DNA from: Candidatus Zixiibacteriota bacterium
Lineage (GTDB): Bacteria > RBG-13-66-14 > B26-G2 > WVWN01
Length of the DNA: 64,000 nt
Assembly: GCA_050117845.1 (NCBI GenBank)
Contig: JASFLY010000013.1
Coordinates: 6,829-70,828 of the forward strand
Reading direction: 5' to 3'
Positions 62,607-64,000 of the stretch are shown piece by piece. Within the stretch, counting starts at the first letter, position 1. Each line of letters begins with the position of its first letter. The position numbers and the translations under genes are program-made. The notes under the pieces are model-generated. The model saw only the letters and a program-made list of their open reading frames with translations. It made no database searches and was not told the origin of the DNA.

Positions 62607-63221
62607 AATCGTCTCCCGTAAGGTTAGTTGTGTTTAAGATTGAGATAATGCCGAGAGGAGTACGATAATCCGCTTGGTTATTATACCCGCGGCGCCGACC
62701 CCGTACCGAGCAAGCCGGCGCCGCGTACTACCTCCTACCTCCCTTACCATTCTACTTCAGAGAGCCGTGCAATCGCGGCGTCGCTCCGGCGTCTTATTCC
62801 CGGCAACATGGGAAGCCGGCCGCGATTTTTACCTTCTCTTTATTTGCCTCCTCTTATAAATTCCAATGGGGCGACATCGCCAAAACGGACGATTGCGCCC
62901 CCATTTAACTTCGCTGTCTCCGGCGTTGATGCTATCTCGCACGTCGCATCCTCGCGTAACACATTCCTGTAAAGTTAAATTATAGTAAAATTAAAACGTA
63001 TTATAAGGTATTAGTCAAGGGAAAATATCGCTTAATTGCGGGCGTTGTTTTGTAACGTATTTATATTCAGTATAATACGGGAATATTGTGAATCGCGTCA
63101 CACAAACCTTTTATTCGTATTATGCGCGGCAGGATAGCCGCGGGAGTATAATTTTGGGCATGATGAAGCCGCCCCGGGGGGCGGTTTGAGGGTTGTCCAT
63201 CCGCGCCCCGCGTGGGGGCGG

Positions 63222-63602
63222 CTACGGTTTTTCGGCCTCGGCGGGGAGAGTGAAAGTGAAGGGATAACGTACGGTAACGGGGTCGCCGGAAGCCGGCCCG
63301 AAGTCCCATTGCGCGACCGCGGCGGCCACGGCGTCCTCGAACAGTTCACAATTCGTAGTCGCTTCCGCGACCTCGCTTGCGATAACGGCTCCCGTGCGGG
63401 CGATCGTGAACTTCACGACGACGGTGCCCTCCAGGCCCAGGCCCGCGTCGAGGTAGGTGTTATAGATGTCCGTTATCTCCGCTTTATGCTGGTCGATGAC
63501 GCGACCTATGTTATCGGGATCGCGGCCCTCGGCCGCGAGGGCGGGGCCGTATAAAACGGCTATGGCGGCGAGCGTTATAGCTATTGACCTGAGCTGCCTC
63601 AT
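63222..63602 (-). CDS. Small exported TonB_C-like domain protein
   Basis: Signal peptide plus GTVVVKFTIARTGAVIASEVAEATTNCELFEDAVAAAVAQWDFGPASGDPVTVRYPFTF. Resembles the C-domains of paralogs P8-P10. Confidence 0.5.
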   Translation of the reverse strand: MRQLRSIAITLAAIAVLYGPALAAEGRDPDNIGRVIDQHKAEITDIYNTYLDAGLGLEGTVVVKFTIARTGAVIASEVAEATTNCELFEDAVAAAVAQWDFGPASGDPVTVRYPFTFTLPAEAEKP

Positions 63603-63970
63603 TGTTTGCTGTAGAAAATGAACGGGTAGGTGAGCGTTACGTCGTTGGTGGCCGGCGTGAACACCCAGCGCTCCACCGCCCGGACGAGCGCGATTTCCAG
63701 CACCTGTACGTTGATGGTCGATTCGACGACCTCGACGGCGCCGACGTTCCCGGCGGCCGTGATGGTGAAGCGGACTTTTAGTTTGCCCGAGGCCTCGGGG
63801 AAACGATTCAAGAAGTTTACGTAAACCTCTTCGAGCTCTTTTTGTTTAATCTTGATCTCGGCCTGGATGTCGTCCGCCGTGCGGACGCCCCCGGCTTTCA
63901 TCTTCGTCGGCGCGGCGGTTTCCCCTCCGACGTCGACCGTCGTCGCGATGGTCACGGCGGTGCGCGCCAT
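63599..63970 (-). CDS. Small TonB_C-like domain protein (tandem with the 63222..63602 gene; 5' end may extend beyond the window)
   Basis: GKLKVRFTITAAGNVGAVEVVESTINVQVLEIALVRAVERWVFTPATNDVTLTYPFIF. Its start/stop overlaps the neighbour (ATGA). Confidence 0.45.
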   Translation of the reverse strand: MARTAVTIATTVDVGGETAAPTKMKAGGVRTADDIQAEIKIKQKELEEVYVNFLNRFPEASGKLKVRFTITAAGNVGAVEVVESTINVQVLEIALVRAVERWVFTPATNDVTLTYPFIFYSKQ

Positions 63971-64000
63971 CTCGTTGGCCGGGGCGACGCGGCCCTCCTC

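Overview
This is a high-GC (about two-thirds G+C) segment of a diderm bacterial chromosome, densely coding on both strands. Most of it is housekeeping: trpS, scpA-scpB-rluB-cmk-plsC-ispH, a contiguous lipid A/Kdo cluster (lpxB-msbA-waaA-lpxK-lpxL-like), tRNA-Glu(UUC), TonB-like proteins, bamA, two tandem ArnT/PMT-like glycosyltransferases, thiC, fhs, a DAACS transporter, a GNAT, tspO, rpsA with a long acidic tail, and der-plsY-gpsA. Several promoters match the sigma70 consensus (TTGACA-17-TATAAT) and most rho-independent terminators are bidirectional. The stand-out region is about 32.0-43.5 kb on the minus strand. It contains two sigma70-promoted operons encoding 12 tightly packed paralogs. 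Each paralog has a conserved ~75-aa N-terminal domain, a hydrophobic helix, a Pro/acidic spacer carrying recurrent GIRPDxP motifs, and a swappable C-terminal module (a CarboxypepD_reg-like beta-sandwich, a TonB_C-like domain, or none). The first operon terminates in a DUF523/DUF1722 gene and the second in a B12-binding (class B) radical SAM enzyme. The N-domain loosely resembles NHLP-type RiPP leaders, which makes this a candidate novel leader-bearing protein family (proteusin-like) or a diversified TonB-like envelope system. Other notable items are three tandem BMC vertex (EutN/CcmL) genes with no hexamer genes, followed by STAS-domain proteins, a VIT-vWA protein and a class II aldolase. There is also a DUF4870 triplet, a three-member family of secreted repeat proteins with a shared C-terminal motif, a T9SS-type C-terminal-domain protein, and nested palindromes upstream of a tonB-like gene. 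The thiC leader lacks an obvious canonical THI-box. Many ORFs in the six-frame track are GC-driven antisense artefacts and were not called.
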